64,000 bases of DNA. Source: Candidatus Latescibacterota bacterium. GTDB lineage: Bacteria; Latescibacterota; UBA2968; GCA-2709665. Positions 37,422 to 47,405 of this stretch are shown piece by piece; within the stretch, counting starts at the first letter, position 1; the number at the start of each line of letters is the position of its first letter. Both the position numbers and the translations under genes were made by a program. The stretch covers positions 768,001-832,000 of the forward strand of contig OZ252100.1 in the NCBI GenBank assembly GCA_965248435.1, read 5' to 3'. The notes beneath the pieces were generated by a model. It ran no database searches. It saw only the letters and a list, made by a program, of their open reading frames with translations, and had not been told where the DNA came from.

Positions 37422-38477
37422 TCAGCCCCAAGCCTCGCGGAGTCGTCGAATCCAGTTGCCGTGCATGACCGCGGCTATATCATCATCCGAATATCCGCGC
37501 TTCTCCAGAATCGCCGGGATCTTCTGCAGGTCCGCGATCGTTTCCAGGTCGGCGGGTGACTGTTCCTTCCCGTAACCGCCGTCCAGATCGGTACCGATTG
37601 CCGCGTGATTGGCGTTGCCCGCGATCTGACAGACGTGATCAACGTGATCAACCACGGTCTCCAGAGTAATGCCCGTGTTGTCCTGCGCCTCGTGGTCCCA
37701 CAGGGGTGACAACATCCAGTCGTCGAAGGCAGTGCCGATAACACCGCCACGGTCGACGAGCGCCTTGATCTGCTTGTCGTCGAGCTGCCGGTCGTGGTCA
37801 CACAGGGCGCGGCAGCAGTTGTGTGTGGCCAGCACGGGGCCGCCGAAGACGTCGAGCGCTTCCCAGAACGCACCTTCGGCCAGATGACTGATGTCCAGAA
37901 TGATTCCGGCCGCGTCCAGGGCCCGGAGCAGGGGTGCGCCACGCGGCGTCAGCCCCCCTGGGGCCTGGGTGCCGTGTGAGTAGGCGCTGATCCCGTAGTG
38001 GCAGAGGCTGACCACGCGCAGCCCCTGCTCCCACCAGTGGCCTACCTGATCTTCGTCGACGATGCCGTCCGCGCCCTCCATCGTGAGGACGAATCCCAGC
38101 GGACAGGATGAGGAATCCTGCTCCCACTGCTCGAGGTGCGCGTCCAGGTCCTTGAGGCTGCTGACCTGACGCACGACGCCCTTGCTCTCCATCAGCCGGT
38201 AGTAAGCGAGTTCTCCCATAGACTTGGCGTAGGAAATATCCTGAGTTCGAACGCCGGAGAAGCGCTTGCCCATTGAAGACAGGCGGCAGTGGACGGTGAC
38301 GAAGAAGAGGCCGATCTCCCCGCGCCTCAGTTCCTCGAAATTGACGACGTTCAGACCTCGGCCCTTCTGCGGCATCCCCGCTTCGCCCTCTCGGATCTTG
38401 ACGATGGGCTGCAGCAGGTCGCGATTCCACTCCAATGCACTGTAAGCGATGTCGAGATGAGAATCAATGATTAGCAT
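37422..38477 (-). CDS. Membrane dipeptidase (M19)
   Basis: IDSHLD, MEGAD, DISH, TH, GTDLDGG. Confidence 0.9.
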   Translation of the reverse strand: MLIIDSHLDIAYSALEWNRDLLQPIVKIREGEAGMPQKGRGLNVVNFEELRRGEIGLFFVTVHCRLSSMGKRFSGVRTQDISYAKSMGELAYYRLMESKGVVRQVSSLKDLDAHLEQWEQDSSSCPLGFVLTMEGADGIVDEDQVGHWWEQGLRVVSLCHYGISAYSHGTQAPGGLTPRGAPLLRALDAAGIILDISHLAEGAFWEALDVFGGPVLATHNCCRALCDHDRQLDDKQIKALVDRGGVIGTAFDDWMLSPLWDHEAQDNTGITLETVVDHVDHVCQIAGNANHAAIGTDLDGGYGKEQSPADLETIADLQKIPAILEKRGYSDDDIAAVMHGNWIRRLREAWG

Positions 38478-38544
38478 GGGTCACCAGGTGTCGTTGGGTT
38501 TGTGGGTTTGCCGGGTAATGAATCCTCCGCGAGTGTTGGAGTTT

Positions 38545-39627
38545 TCATCTGGGCCGCCGCTCCTCGAAGGTTGGAAACTCCGCGAATTCAACGTGGGGTT
38601 CTTTCTGATACCAGTAGGCGACGGATGCGATATCGTCTGCCAGGGGCTGAAATCTATGATTCGGCCACCATCCCAGCGCCTGGATCGTGACTCGCAGATC
38701 GTTCTGGAAACAGACGGGGTCCATGATATGCCAGCGATACAGGCTCCACTTCGGGGGACCGTCTTCGCCGGGGTGTTTCAGGGTGGTTCCGGCGTATGCC
38801 GTGGTGTAGACTTCTGGAAAGCGATAGCTGCCACAGAAATAGTCCTCTGTACCGGTGCCGCAGATGGTGGGAAACTCCTGATCGCCATCGATGTAGAATT
38901 TGATTTCACCTTCGCCGAACCATCCATCCGACAGCTGCGTCTAAGCCAGGAACGTTCCCACGTACCGCCCCTGCCCCTTGACGCTGTCCAGGATCACATA
39001 ATCCGGGTTACGGCGGTCCGTCACGGCACGGCGCCACTGGGCGTGGAAACAGCCCGCTTCATCAGGCACCTCGGTTTCCGCATACGTTATCTGGAAGCCG
39101 AGATTGAGATCCTCATGCGTCTCGTTGGTGATGGTCACTTTTGCGTGCTTGCGGAACGGCATGGGCCAGTAGCAGTTCATGGCCGACCGCGGATTCACGG
39201 TCACCGCCAGAGAGTTCACCGGCGCGAACAGGTCGTGTCCGATCGCGAAAAAGTCAGAGAACGGAACCTCGACCGAGGGTTTGTCCTCACCCTCCCAATA
39301 GAACCGCAGCACGTTTGCCCTGCCGAAACGCCGGATGTCCGGCCCAGCGGCCATAGCCATCCAGATGTGCTGAATGATGCCGGGGCCTGTGACATCCATC
39401 AGGGTCACGGTTTGACCGGCAGGTAGAGGCTGGAACGGCCGGACCTTCCAGCCTTGACCCAGGTCAACAGCTGCCGCCGAATGCGGCAGATCAGGATCTT
39501 CGGGATTCGGAACCCGCGTGCCTCCCCTGCCCTTCTCTCCAGTAGGATTCTCTGCTGAAATCGAACGTGTCGTCGCGTTTGAAAGGAGAGGTAATCTACC
39601 AAGACCAAAATGCAACCCGGCTGTCAC
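38545..39627 (-). pseudogene. DUF2961 (GH172-like) with an in-frame TAG at 38941-38943
   Basis: RSISAENPTG..YVGTFLA*TQLSDGWFGEGE..GTGTEDYF..YRWH..DP..SVAYWYQ continues in the same frame past the stop. Confidence 0.85.
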
Positions 39628-39707
39628 TTTCGGCTCCTTCGATTTTTGATCGACCAAATAATACTCGAGTTCGTTCTCGCGACCTTTTGCATCGTCAAAC
39701 GGAGCTA

Positions 39708-39893
39708 GGCTCTTCACCAAATTCCGGCGAGGGCCGTAGCAGATTGCGAGGAAAAGCACTCATACTTCTTGAAACCTTAAGTCGTGCACACCACACTTTG
39801 AGCGATGCATCTCGTGAGTTACAGAGACGCCGGCAAGCGGGCGAGTCTACAATTAGAGCTTAATACCTTAACCCCAACATTCGACGAAGAACC
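39708..39893. mobile_element. Possible MITE / IS remnant
   Basis: Imperfect terminal IRs GGCTCTTCACCAAAT / GGTTCTTCGTCGAAT with TA-containing flanks. Confidence 0.35.
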
Positions 39894-39944
39894 TTAAGCT
39901 AGGGGATGGTCGAGTGGTTTAAGTCGGCCCACTGCAAGCTTAAG

Positions 39945-40382
39945 TTACTCTCCACCGTCCAGCATCGACACCAGCGCCGGGGGAACCAATCGGTGATGGC
40001 CGTCAAATGAGTCGAGCTTCCGCCAGGAGGCCGTGAAAACTTCGCCGTTGTCCTCTCGCCCGGTCAATCGACTATGTTCGTAGAGCGAATCGTCAACCAA
40101 TCGGCCATCATAGACGAAGACGATCTCGTGACCTGGCTGGCCCTCACAGGTGAACAGATTCTCGACGGTACCGAGGAGTTTCAGATCCGTAATTTCTGCG
40201 TCGATCTCTTCCCGGATCTCACGGATGATGGCGTCGCGAGTCGTCTCGCCGGGATTGACTCCGCCTCCGAGCGGTCGATAGAAGGGCGAGCCCTTGACCG
40301 AATCGAACGCCTCGAAGACCAGGATGCGATCCTCGTGATGAAAGACACAGAGGGCGACGACTCGAATGGACTCCGGCTTCAC
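39945..40382 (-). CDS. NUDIX hydrolase
   Basis: Nudix box GGGVNPGETTRDAIIREIREE. Confidence 0.9.
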   Translation of the reverse strand: MKPESIRVVALCVFHHEDRILVFEAFDSVKGSPFYRPLGGGVNPGETTRDAIIREIREEIDAEITDLKLLGTVENLFTCEGQPGHEIVFVYDGRLVDDSLYEHSRLTGREDNGEVFTASWRKLDSFDGHHRLVPPALVSMLDGGE

Positions 40383-40420
40383 GGCGTGGCGCCCCTATGC
40401 TGTAGATAGGAGAAATTGAT

Positions 40421-41224
40421 TCACTTAGTGACTGGGTCGGTCTCGCGAGCGAGCGCCAACAGGCAGTCGTCCTCCAGGGGTTCGATCGGCGTAAAGTCGC
40501 GATGGGCGACCCACTCCGGGCGCTCGAACCTGCGGATGTGGTTGTCCACGTGACAGAGGCTCAAATAGACGATCACCCTGCCCCACGGGCTGATGTTGGG
40601 CGCCGAGGCGTGCACGATATTGGAATGGAACATCAGCACGGCCCCCGGCTTGCCCTTGGGCGCGACGATCCCCGCATCGTTCGCCAGACGGCTTACCGTT
40701 TCCTTGTCGAGCGTCCAGAGCGGATAGGACGTCGTGAGCGTATCGTGGCCCGCCTCGATCGAGCCTTTCCTGTGGCTGCGCGGGATGAGATAGAGCGGGC
40801 CGTTGAATTCGGTCACCTCGTCGAGGAACAGCGCGATGTTCATCGCGCGCGGTTCCGGCATCTCGTCGTCGCGCGCCCACGTGCCGTAATCCTGATGCCA
40901 CTGCCAGACATCCCCCTCGAAAGCCGCCTTCCCGTTGATCTTGTACTGGTGCATGTATACAGGCCCGTCGAGGAGCTGCGTGACCGGCACGATCAGGCGC
41001 GGATGTCGTCCAAGGCGGTCGAACGCCTCGTTATAGGTATGTGCGGCGAAGGCCGTGCGAACCGCCTCGCCGTCCTTTTCGCGCCAGACCTCGTCGCGAC
41101 GCATAGCGAAGATCTTCGGCAATTCGCCCTTGAGGACATCGATCTCTTCCCCGCTGAACAGATCGGGCAGGAACACCCAGCCTTCGGTGCCGAACTGTTC
41201 CAACTGTTCCTTTGTCAGTCTCAT
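40421..41224 (-). CDS. PhyH-family dioxygenase (EctD/proline hydroxylase-like)
   Basis: HQYKINGK, WHQDYGTW, NGPL..P.SH, H.S.PN.S..R. Confidence 0.88.
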   Translation of the reverse strand: MRLTKEQLEQFGTEGWVFLPDLFSGEEIDVLKGELPKIFAMRRDEVWREKDGEAVRTAFAAHTYNEAFDRLGRHPRLIVPVTQLLDGPVYMHQYKINGKAAFEGDVWQWHQDYGTWARDDEMPEPRAMNIALFLDEVTEFNGPLYLIPRSHRKGSIEAGHDTLTTSYPLWTLDKETVSRLANDAGIVAPKGKPGAVLMFHSNIVHASAPNISPWGRVIVYLSLCHVDNHIRRFERPEWVAHRDFTPIEPLEDDCLLALARETDPVTK

Positions 41225-41417
41225 AGTAGAAGACTCCTGAAGTCATCGCAATATAGCGAGGCCCTTTACCGATTGCAACCGCCTGCAAGCAGGACTCCGG
41301 AGGCCCGGGGCAAAAAAAAAGGCGCGGGTTCGTTCTCGCGGCCTTCCCTCCAGGTTCATCTCCCAGAGCTTCCCGCTGGTGTAGGAGGCTCCCGCTGCGC
41401 AGAGGCCTCATTCAACT

Positions 41418-42134
41418 TCAATAGCTCCAGTTCTCTCGCCGAACCGGCAGGTGATTGAGTACCTGGCGATGGAACTGCCACTTGGGCATGAATCGATCCA
41501 TCAGCGCGACGAAGCGGGGGTTGTGGGTCGGCTCAAGCAAGTGAACCAGTTCGTGAACAACAATGTATTCAAGGCACTCCGCTGGCTTTTTGGCCAGCTC
41601 AGTGTTGAGGCGAATCGTGCGCGCCTTGTGGTTGCAGCTCCCCCATTTGGTCTTCATCCGCCGCACGAAGAACCGCTCCACCCTCACGCCGAGCAGCGGC
41701 TCCCATCGCGCAATGAGCGGCGGCGCAGCCTCCTTCAGCTGCTCGCGATACCATTCCTCGACGAGAACCTGCCTCCTGTGCTCATCTGTTCCTGGACGCA
41801 CGCGCAGAATCATCCCGCTGTGCTTCAGCTCGATGGAGGGTGGCTCATCCCTAGCAGCTACGGACAGCAAGTAGCGCTTACCCCAAACGTAGTGGCTTTC
41901 CCTCTCCACGTACTCGCGAGGCGTCTCGCGTTCCTGCGCGCGCAGCTTCTGCTGCTGCAGCTTGATCCAGCCCAGTTTGGAAATCGCGAAGAGGCGAAGC
42001 GTTTCCGTGCTTGTACGCTTCGGAGCTGAAACGCGTACTCTTCCTGTCGGTGGATGAACGCTGAGATGGACGTTCTTGATATCTTTGAAAACGACGTCCA
42101 CGGTGATGTCGCCCAACTCGAGTTGCTCGACCAT
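41418..42134 (-). CDS. M48/YgjP (DUF45) zinc metallopeptidase-like protein
   Basis: MKTKWGSC, YIVVHELVHL, H...F; adjacent to hsdR. Confidence 0.9.
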   Translation of the reverse strand: MVEQLELGDITVDVVFKDIKNVHLSVHPPTGRVRVSAPKRTSTETLRLFAISKLGWIKLQQQKLRAQERETPREYVERESHYVWGKRYLLSVAARDEPPSIELKHSGMILRVRPGTDEHRRQVLVEEWYREQLKEAAPPLIARWEPLLGVRVERFFVRRMKTKWGSCNHKARTIRLNTELAKKPAECLEYIVVHELVHLLEPTHNPRFVALMDRFMPKWQFHRQVLNHLPVRRENWSY

Positions 42135-45100
42135 CAGTATTCGCCTTGCTCGAATATGATGAGGAAGATCCGTTCCACCTCCGCCCCATCCTGAAGAATC
42201 TCGTGCAGGGCACCTTTAATCACCTGCTCGCGAGCTCTTACCCCACGCCATCCATCCGGCCGGTCTCGCTTCACCCTCGCGTCGATCGCCAGCGCTAGAT
42301 CCAGTGCCGGTTCGCCGGAGCTTAAGTACTCCACTGACGCCTCGGCCACGCGCTTCGCCCTCTTAGGCAACTCTCCGGCCTCCTTCAGGTTGTTGTAGAG
42401 CGCCCTCAATCCGGGGCTGTTCTTCAACTGCTCTGGCGTGTCTTCTGCGTGACCTGCCCTCCACACTCTTCGCGAGTTCGGCAATCCGCTTCAGGTATTC
42501 CTCATACTCGATGGCCCTCTCCTTGCGCAGCTCTATGATCTCCTGCAGCTGCGCGGACATCCTTTCGTAGAAGGCGGGGTCGCTCAGGTGCTCCTTGATG
42601 ATCTTGCGGCGGACATTGTTCTCGATGGTCTCGGCGATGGCGTTCTCATTTCCCTTCAAGCCACCCAGTTGTGTCGCTACGGCATTGGCGATGCCGGTCT
42701 TCACGATCAGCTCCAGCAGGCCCATGTTGTCGAAGGGCGAGATCTTGCGCGGCTCGTCGGCCTCGATGTAGGTGTCGATGAGGTGCCGCATGTCGGCCTC
42801 GTAGGGTTTGAGGTCGAGCGTCTCGCCGCTGGCCTTGCGGATTATTTCGCGGACCTTCAGGTAGTTATCGAGCTGCTGCTTGATGCGGATGATGTCGGCG
42901 GCACTGTATCCGGCAGGCTCAAGCTCGTCGACGATGTTGGCGTAAGCCCGAACCAGGTTCACGGTCGCCTTGTAAAGTGCGACCCGCTGCGGCTCCCGTT
43001 CCTTCAGGTCCGACGGTACCTCGGTATTGCCGCAGAAGTAGTGGATGTGCTCCAGCTCTCCCCTGGGCGGCTCGACCGGCTCGCAAACCAGGGCGGGCGC
43101 CTCCAGCGCGTCGTCGAGCCGTTCCTTCCCTTTCTTGAGACGGTCCTGCAGCAGCACCTCGGGAGCGGGCCCGCTCGCGCTGTGATCGAGCTCCGCGGTG
43201 TAGACGGCAATGGCGTTCTCGACCTTCTTGAAGAGGTCCTTGTAGTCCACGATGTAGCCGAAGTCCTTGTCCTCGCCATCCAGGCGGTTGACGCGGCAGA
43301 TGGCCTGGAACAGGCTGTGGTCCTGCATGGACTTGTCGATGTAGAGATAGGTGCACGGGGGCGCGTCGAAGCCGGTGAGGAGCTTGTCCACGACGACAAG
43401 CAGCTTCATGTTCGCCGGCTCCCTGGTGAACAGCGCCTTGGCCCACTCCTCGTAGGTCTCCGTCTTGGTTTTCCCCGGCTCGGCGTCGACGTCCTTTAGT
43501 AACTCAGTGTAGGTGTTGTAGATGAACTGCTTGTCGGTCTCGGTGTTGGCGCCGGTCTCCTCGAGCGTCACGTCTCTGGCCAGCGGGTTGTAGGACGTCA
43601 CCACCGCGCACCTGTCCTTGAATGGCGTCTTCTGGAATAGGGCGAAGTACTTACATGCCTCGTAGATGCTGGAGGCCACCAGGATCGCGTTTCCACGTTC
43701 GGCGGATATACGCGGCTTCACACTGAAGTCGAAGACGATGTCGCTCACCACGCGGTCCATGCGCGAGCGCGAGCTGAGCACCCGCTGCATCGTGCCCCAC
43801 GTCTTCTTCAGTTCATCCTTCTGCCAGTCGTTCAGCCATTTGGTCTTGGCCTCGAACCAGGCGTCGATTTTTGCCTCGGAGCCGAGGCGCTGATCGATGT
43901 CCCGCGCCTCATAGACCAGATCAAGCACGACTCCGTCGTCAACACCCTCGCTGAACTTGTAGGTGTGGATGTAGCCACCGAAGACTTCCAGGCTCGTTGC
44001 CCTGTCCTGGACCAGTAGCGGCGTGCCGGTGAAGCCGATGAATACCGCGTTGGGCATCATCACCTTCATCACCCGGTGCATCTTGCCACTCTGCGTGCGG
44101 TGACACTCGTCAACGAACACGAACACCTCGCCCACCGTCGGGCTGGGCTGGGCTTCCAGCTCCTTGATGAATGCGTCGAAATCGTCCATTTTCTTGCGGC
44201 CGAACTTGTGTACCAGCGAGCAGAGAAGGCGCGGCGTGGCCTGGCCGAGCCGACTCATCAGGTCGCGGCCGCTGCTGGTGCGATAGATAGCCTCGCCTAC
44301 CTCCGTGAAGACCCGCTCGATCTGCTTGTCCAGCTCGTCCCGGTCGGTAATAATGGCGACGCGGGCGTTGGGGTTGTTCTCGAGAATCCATTTGGCCAAA
44401 AACACCATCACGATGCTCTTGCCACTCCCCTGAGTGTGCCAGATGATGCCGCCCTTCTTCTCACGCGCGTGCGCCTGCGCGGCCTTGACGCCGAAATACT
44501 GGTGTGCACGCGGCAGCTTCTTCACGCCGCCGTCGAAGAGCACGAAGTCACGCATCAGCTCGATCAGACGGTCCTTGCGGCACATTTTGAGCAGGTACTT
44601 GTCCAGCTTGAAGCGGCTGTCGTCCGCTTCGTCCTCCTTCCACTTCAGGAAGTACTTCTCCGGCGTGTTGATGGTGCCGTACTGCAGCCCTTCGGAGTCG
44701 TTCCCGGCGAAGATGAACTGCACCGTGCTGAAGAACCAGGCGTTGAACTCCGGCTGCTGGTTCGAGAGGCTCTGACGGATGCCGTCGCCGATGCTCACAC
44801 GGCTGTTCTTCAGCTCCAGCACGCTGACGGCGATGCCGTTCACATACAACACGATGTCGGGCCGCCGCTCGCGATTTCCCTTGAGCGTCACCTCCTCAGC
44901 GATGGCGAAGTCGTTCTGCTCCGGCTCCTGCCAGTTGATGAGGTGGACGGTCTCCGTCACCTTGCCCGCCTCGATCTTCACAGGTACACCGTATCGCAGG
45001 AGGTTGTAAACAGCCTGGTTGTTGCCGTAGAGCGTGCGGCTGTGGTTGTCCGCCTCGGTGCGGAGCCTGTGGAGCGCCACGCCGATCTGTGCCGGCGTGT

Positions 45101-45260
45101 AGCCGCTATTGGTCAGCCACGCCGAGAGCAGGCCCTCCTCGATGTTGCTGTTGTCATCGCGGTCGGCCCGGTCGCCGAGGTGGCGGTAGCCCAGCTCGTC
45201 GCGGAACAGGGCGATAACCCGATCCTGCGTGGCGCGTTCCGGTTGGCCGAGGGTGGTCAT
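42134..45260 (-). CDS. hsdR: Type I restriction endonuclease subunit R, with a frameshift near 42460
   Basis: RPDIVLYVNG..ELK, HTQGSGKS, DECHR, FTGTP, LLTGFD, QAICRVNR. The last ~110 aa lie in another frame. Confidence 0.9.
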
Positions 45261-45538
45261 TTCAACACCTCCCAATGGCCAGATTGGGGGCTGGGCATCC
45301 CTGCTCTCGGCAGGTGCGAGTGATCAGCTCGATGCCACGCCCCCAGGATACGAGGTGGCCGGGACCGGAAAAAGACGTTGGCGATATCGGGATTGAAGGG
45401 GCGGGAGGCGTGTTTGGCGATCAGGTGTTCCAGGGTCCAACCTTCGGGCAAATGACCGGGGTTGGCAAACCCGCAGATCCAGCGCAAGTACTCATCGCGC
45501 CAGCTCGCTTTCCATTCGACTCGCTGGTGTTCATTCAT
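45257..45538 (-). pseudogene. Internally deleted AlbA/Schlafen + HATPase ATP-binding protein
   Basis: E.Q.VEWK.SW.DEYL.WICGFAN joined directly to PG.LPEGWT..H.S.PFNP.IANVFFR. Confidence 0.7.
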
Positions 45539-46161
45539 ACCATCCAGGCCTCCAGGCCATATACCGGGCGAGATTCGCGTAGATGGTTTTGGGCGTCTAC
45601 CGGAGGTTCGCACAGCGAATCCTGATCCCATTGCATCGGATTATCCACGATATACCGCCGGATACGATTCAATTCCTGTTCATTCCGGATAATATGTTCC
45701 CAATAATTGCGTTGCCAGATTTGCGATGCGTCCGACCGTTGCCGATGCCATTTCGTCACGCCAATTTTGAACCCGCGCACCATGGACCCGATGGTGCGCG
45801 ATGTGCCGGTGGGGCGCGGGGGCACCTGTAGGGGCGAATCATCATCGGGTAGGGGCGAATGATTATTCGCCCCTACCGCCGTTGCGTTTGCCGATGAATC
45901 CACAATAACCATGATGCCGTGAATGTGATTGGGCATGACCACCCATTCGTCCAATTCGACATTCGGGAAATGATCGGGAATCTGCAGCCAACAGTCTGTG
46001 GCAGTGCGGCCCACATCATTCAATACCATCCTGCCCTCCGCGATGGTTCCGAACAGGCAGCGCCGATTCTGCGTACAGATGGTGATGAAATAGGCGCCCG
46101 CCCGAGAATAATCATAGCCGTGCAGACGAACCGAACGACGATTTCTGTCCCCCGTTTTCAT
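45535..46161 (-). CDS. REP-associated tyrosine transposase (Y1/HUH)
   Basis: RRS.RL.GYDYS..G.YF.TICT, VMPNHIHG, WQRNYWEHIIR, YI..NP..W. Confidence 0.9.
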   Translation of the reverse strand: MKTGDRNRRSVRLHGYDYSRAGAYFITICTQNRRCLFGTIAEGRMVLNDVGRTATDCWLQIPDHFPNVELDEWVVMPNHIHGIMVIVDSSANATAVGANNHSPLPDDDSPLQVPPRPTGTSRTIGSMVRGFKIGVTKWHRQRSDASQIWQRNYWEHIIRNEQELNRIRRYIVDNPMQWDQDSLCEPPVDAQNHLRESRPVYGLEAWMV

Positions 46162-47405
46162 GCTAACCGAATCCTCCCGGTGAGCAGCTCCTGCATCATG
46201 CCCTGCTTGAGTTGGCGGGCTTTGGTGAGCTTCGCTTCCAACGCGGCGATCTCCGCGTCCATGTCCGAAAGGATGGCGGCGATGGCGGTTTGTTCGTCGA
46301 TAGTCGCGGGCGTCTCATAAACGAAACCCACGAAGTCCTTCTGATAAAGGTGATTGATTGTCGACCCGGCGCTGAGCTGAATAAGAAACTCGGTGAATGC
46401 GTTGGAACACAGCAGGTAATAGAAGAACTCGGGGTGAAAAGCGTCTTCTACAGGCCGTATCACGAAGACTCCGCTGTTAAGCGTCGCCGGTTTAGGCAAA
46501 TTGGCAACAAAAGTGATCTTGCCGATGGTTCCGTCCTTCGTCACGAGAACATCATGCTCTTTCAACTGAATGTACTTGTCCTGCTTATAGCGAGACTCGT
46601 CGACGTAGTGGCAATTGTTCCAGTCGATGTAGCCATCCTTGAATTCGGTGCCCGTGACGAGGTAGTAGTTCCCGGAGTCTCGGTACTCAGCAGTCGTTAA
46701 ACCCTGCCATCCAATGCGCGCTTTGAGGATGGCCGTATTCCCCAACCGCTTCATCTCCCACTCCCCGCTGAAGCCCGGCAGGCGCTTCTTGCCGGTGAGC
46801 AATTCCTGCATGGCGCCTTGTTTAAGCTGGCGCTTCTTGGCGAGGAGTTGCTCCAGGGATTCGATGAGGGCATCCGCATCGCTCAACGCCTCAGCGATGG
46901 CCTCTTGTTCGGCCAGTGGCGGAACAGGAAGTAAATACGGCCTAAGCTTTTCAAGGTTGATGTTTAGCTGGGCGTTGTGAGACGCCAGGTTTTCAAACGA
47001 CGCCTTACGCCTCCCCAATTCGTGTGCGAGCCAGCGCTTGTCGATCCTGTTGACGGAAGTAATGGCAACAAGACTGTCCGGGCAGGCCGTATCGAAGCCC
47101 GCAAACCCAACGTCCCCGATGTTTGCGGCGATCGTGAAGAAGAGAGTTCCTCGCGGAAAGAGCTTGCTAACCTTCAGGCCTTCTCGATTCAGCGTCTGTG
47201 AGTACCTGTTGATCCAACCACCGGAGTTCCTCACATCGCCGGTCTGGATGAACGGGATCTCTCCTCCATAATACTTTGGATCATTCCGAGGTCGAGCCGT
47301 GAACTTCCCTCGTTCAATGTTTGCTAGAGACTGGAATGGCTTGACCCCCCATTCCTCCGGAATCACCCCTACCTCGGTCTGCTTGTAGCCTGGCTTCAGT
47401 TCCAT
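46158..47405 (-). CDS. hsdS: Type I R-M specificity subunit S
   Basis: GYKQTEVGVIPEEW; two TRDs; EQ.AIA..LSD.D..KQG.MQELLTG repeated. Confidence 0.95.
   Translation of the reverse strand: MELKPGYKQTEVGVIPEEWGVKPFQSLANIERGKFTARPRNDPKYYGGEIPFIQTGDVRNSGGWINRYSQTLNREGLKVSKLFPRGTLFFTIAANIGDVGFAGFDTACPDSLVAITSVNRIDKRWLAHELGRRKASFENLASHNAQLNINLEKLRPYLLPVPPLAEQEAIAEALSDADALIESLEQLLAKKRQLKQGAMQELLTGKKRLPGFSGEWEMKRLGNTAILKARIGWQGLTTAEYRDSGNYYLVTGTEFKDGYIDWNNCHYVDESRYKQDKYIQLKEHDVLVTKDGTIGKITFVANLPKPATLNSGVFVIRPVEDAFHPEFFYYLLCSNAFTEFLIQLSAGSTINHLYQKDFVGFVYETPATIDEQTAIAAILSDMDAEIAALEAKLTKARQLKQGMMQELLTGRIRLA

Noticed and set aside
40421-41224. Calling this gene ectD
   Set aside because: It lacks the EctD signature and there is no ectABC nearby.
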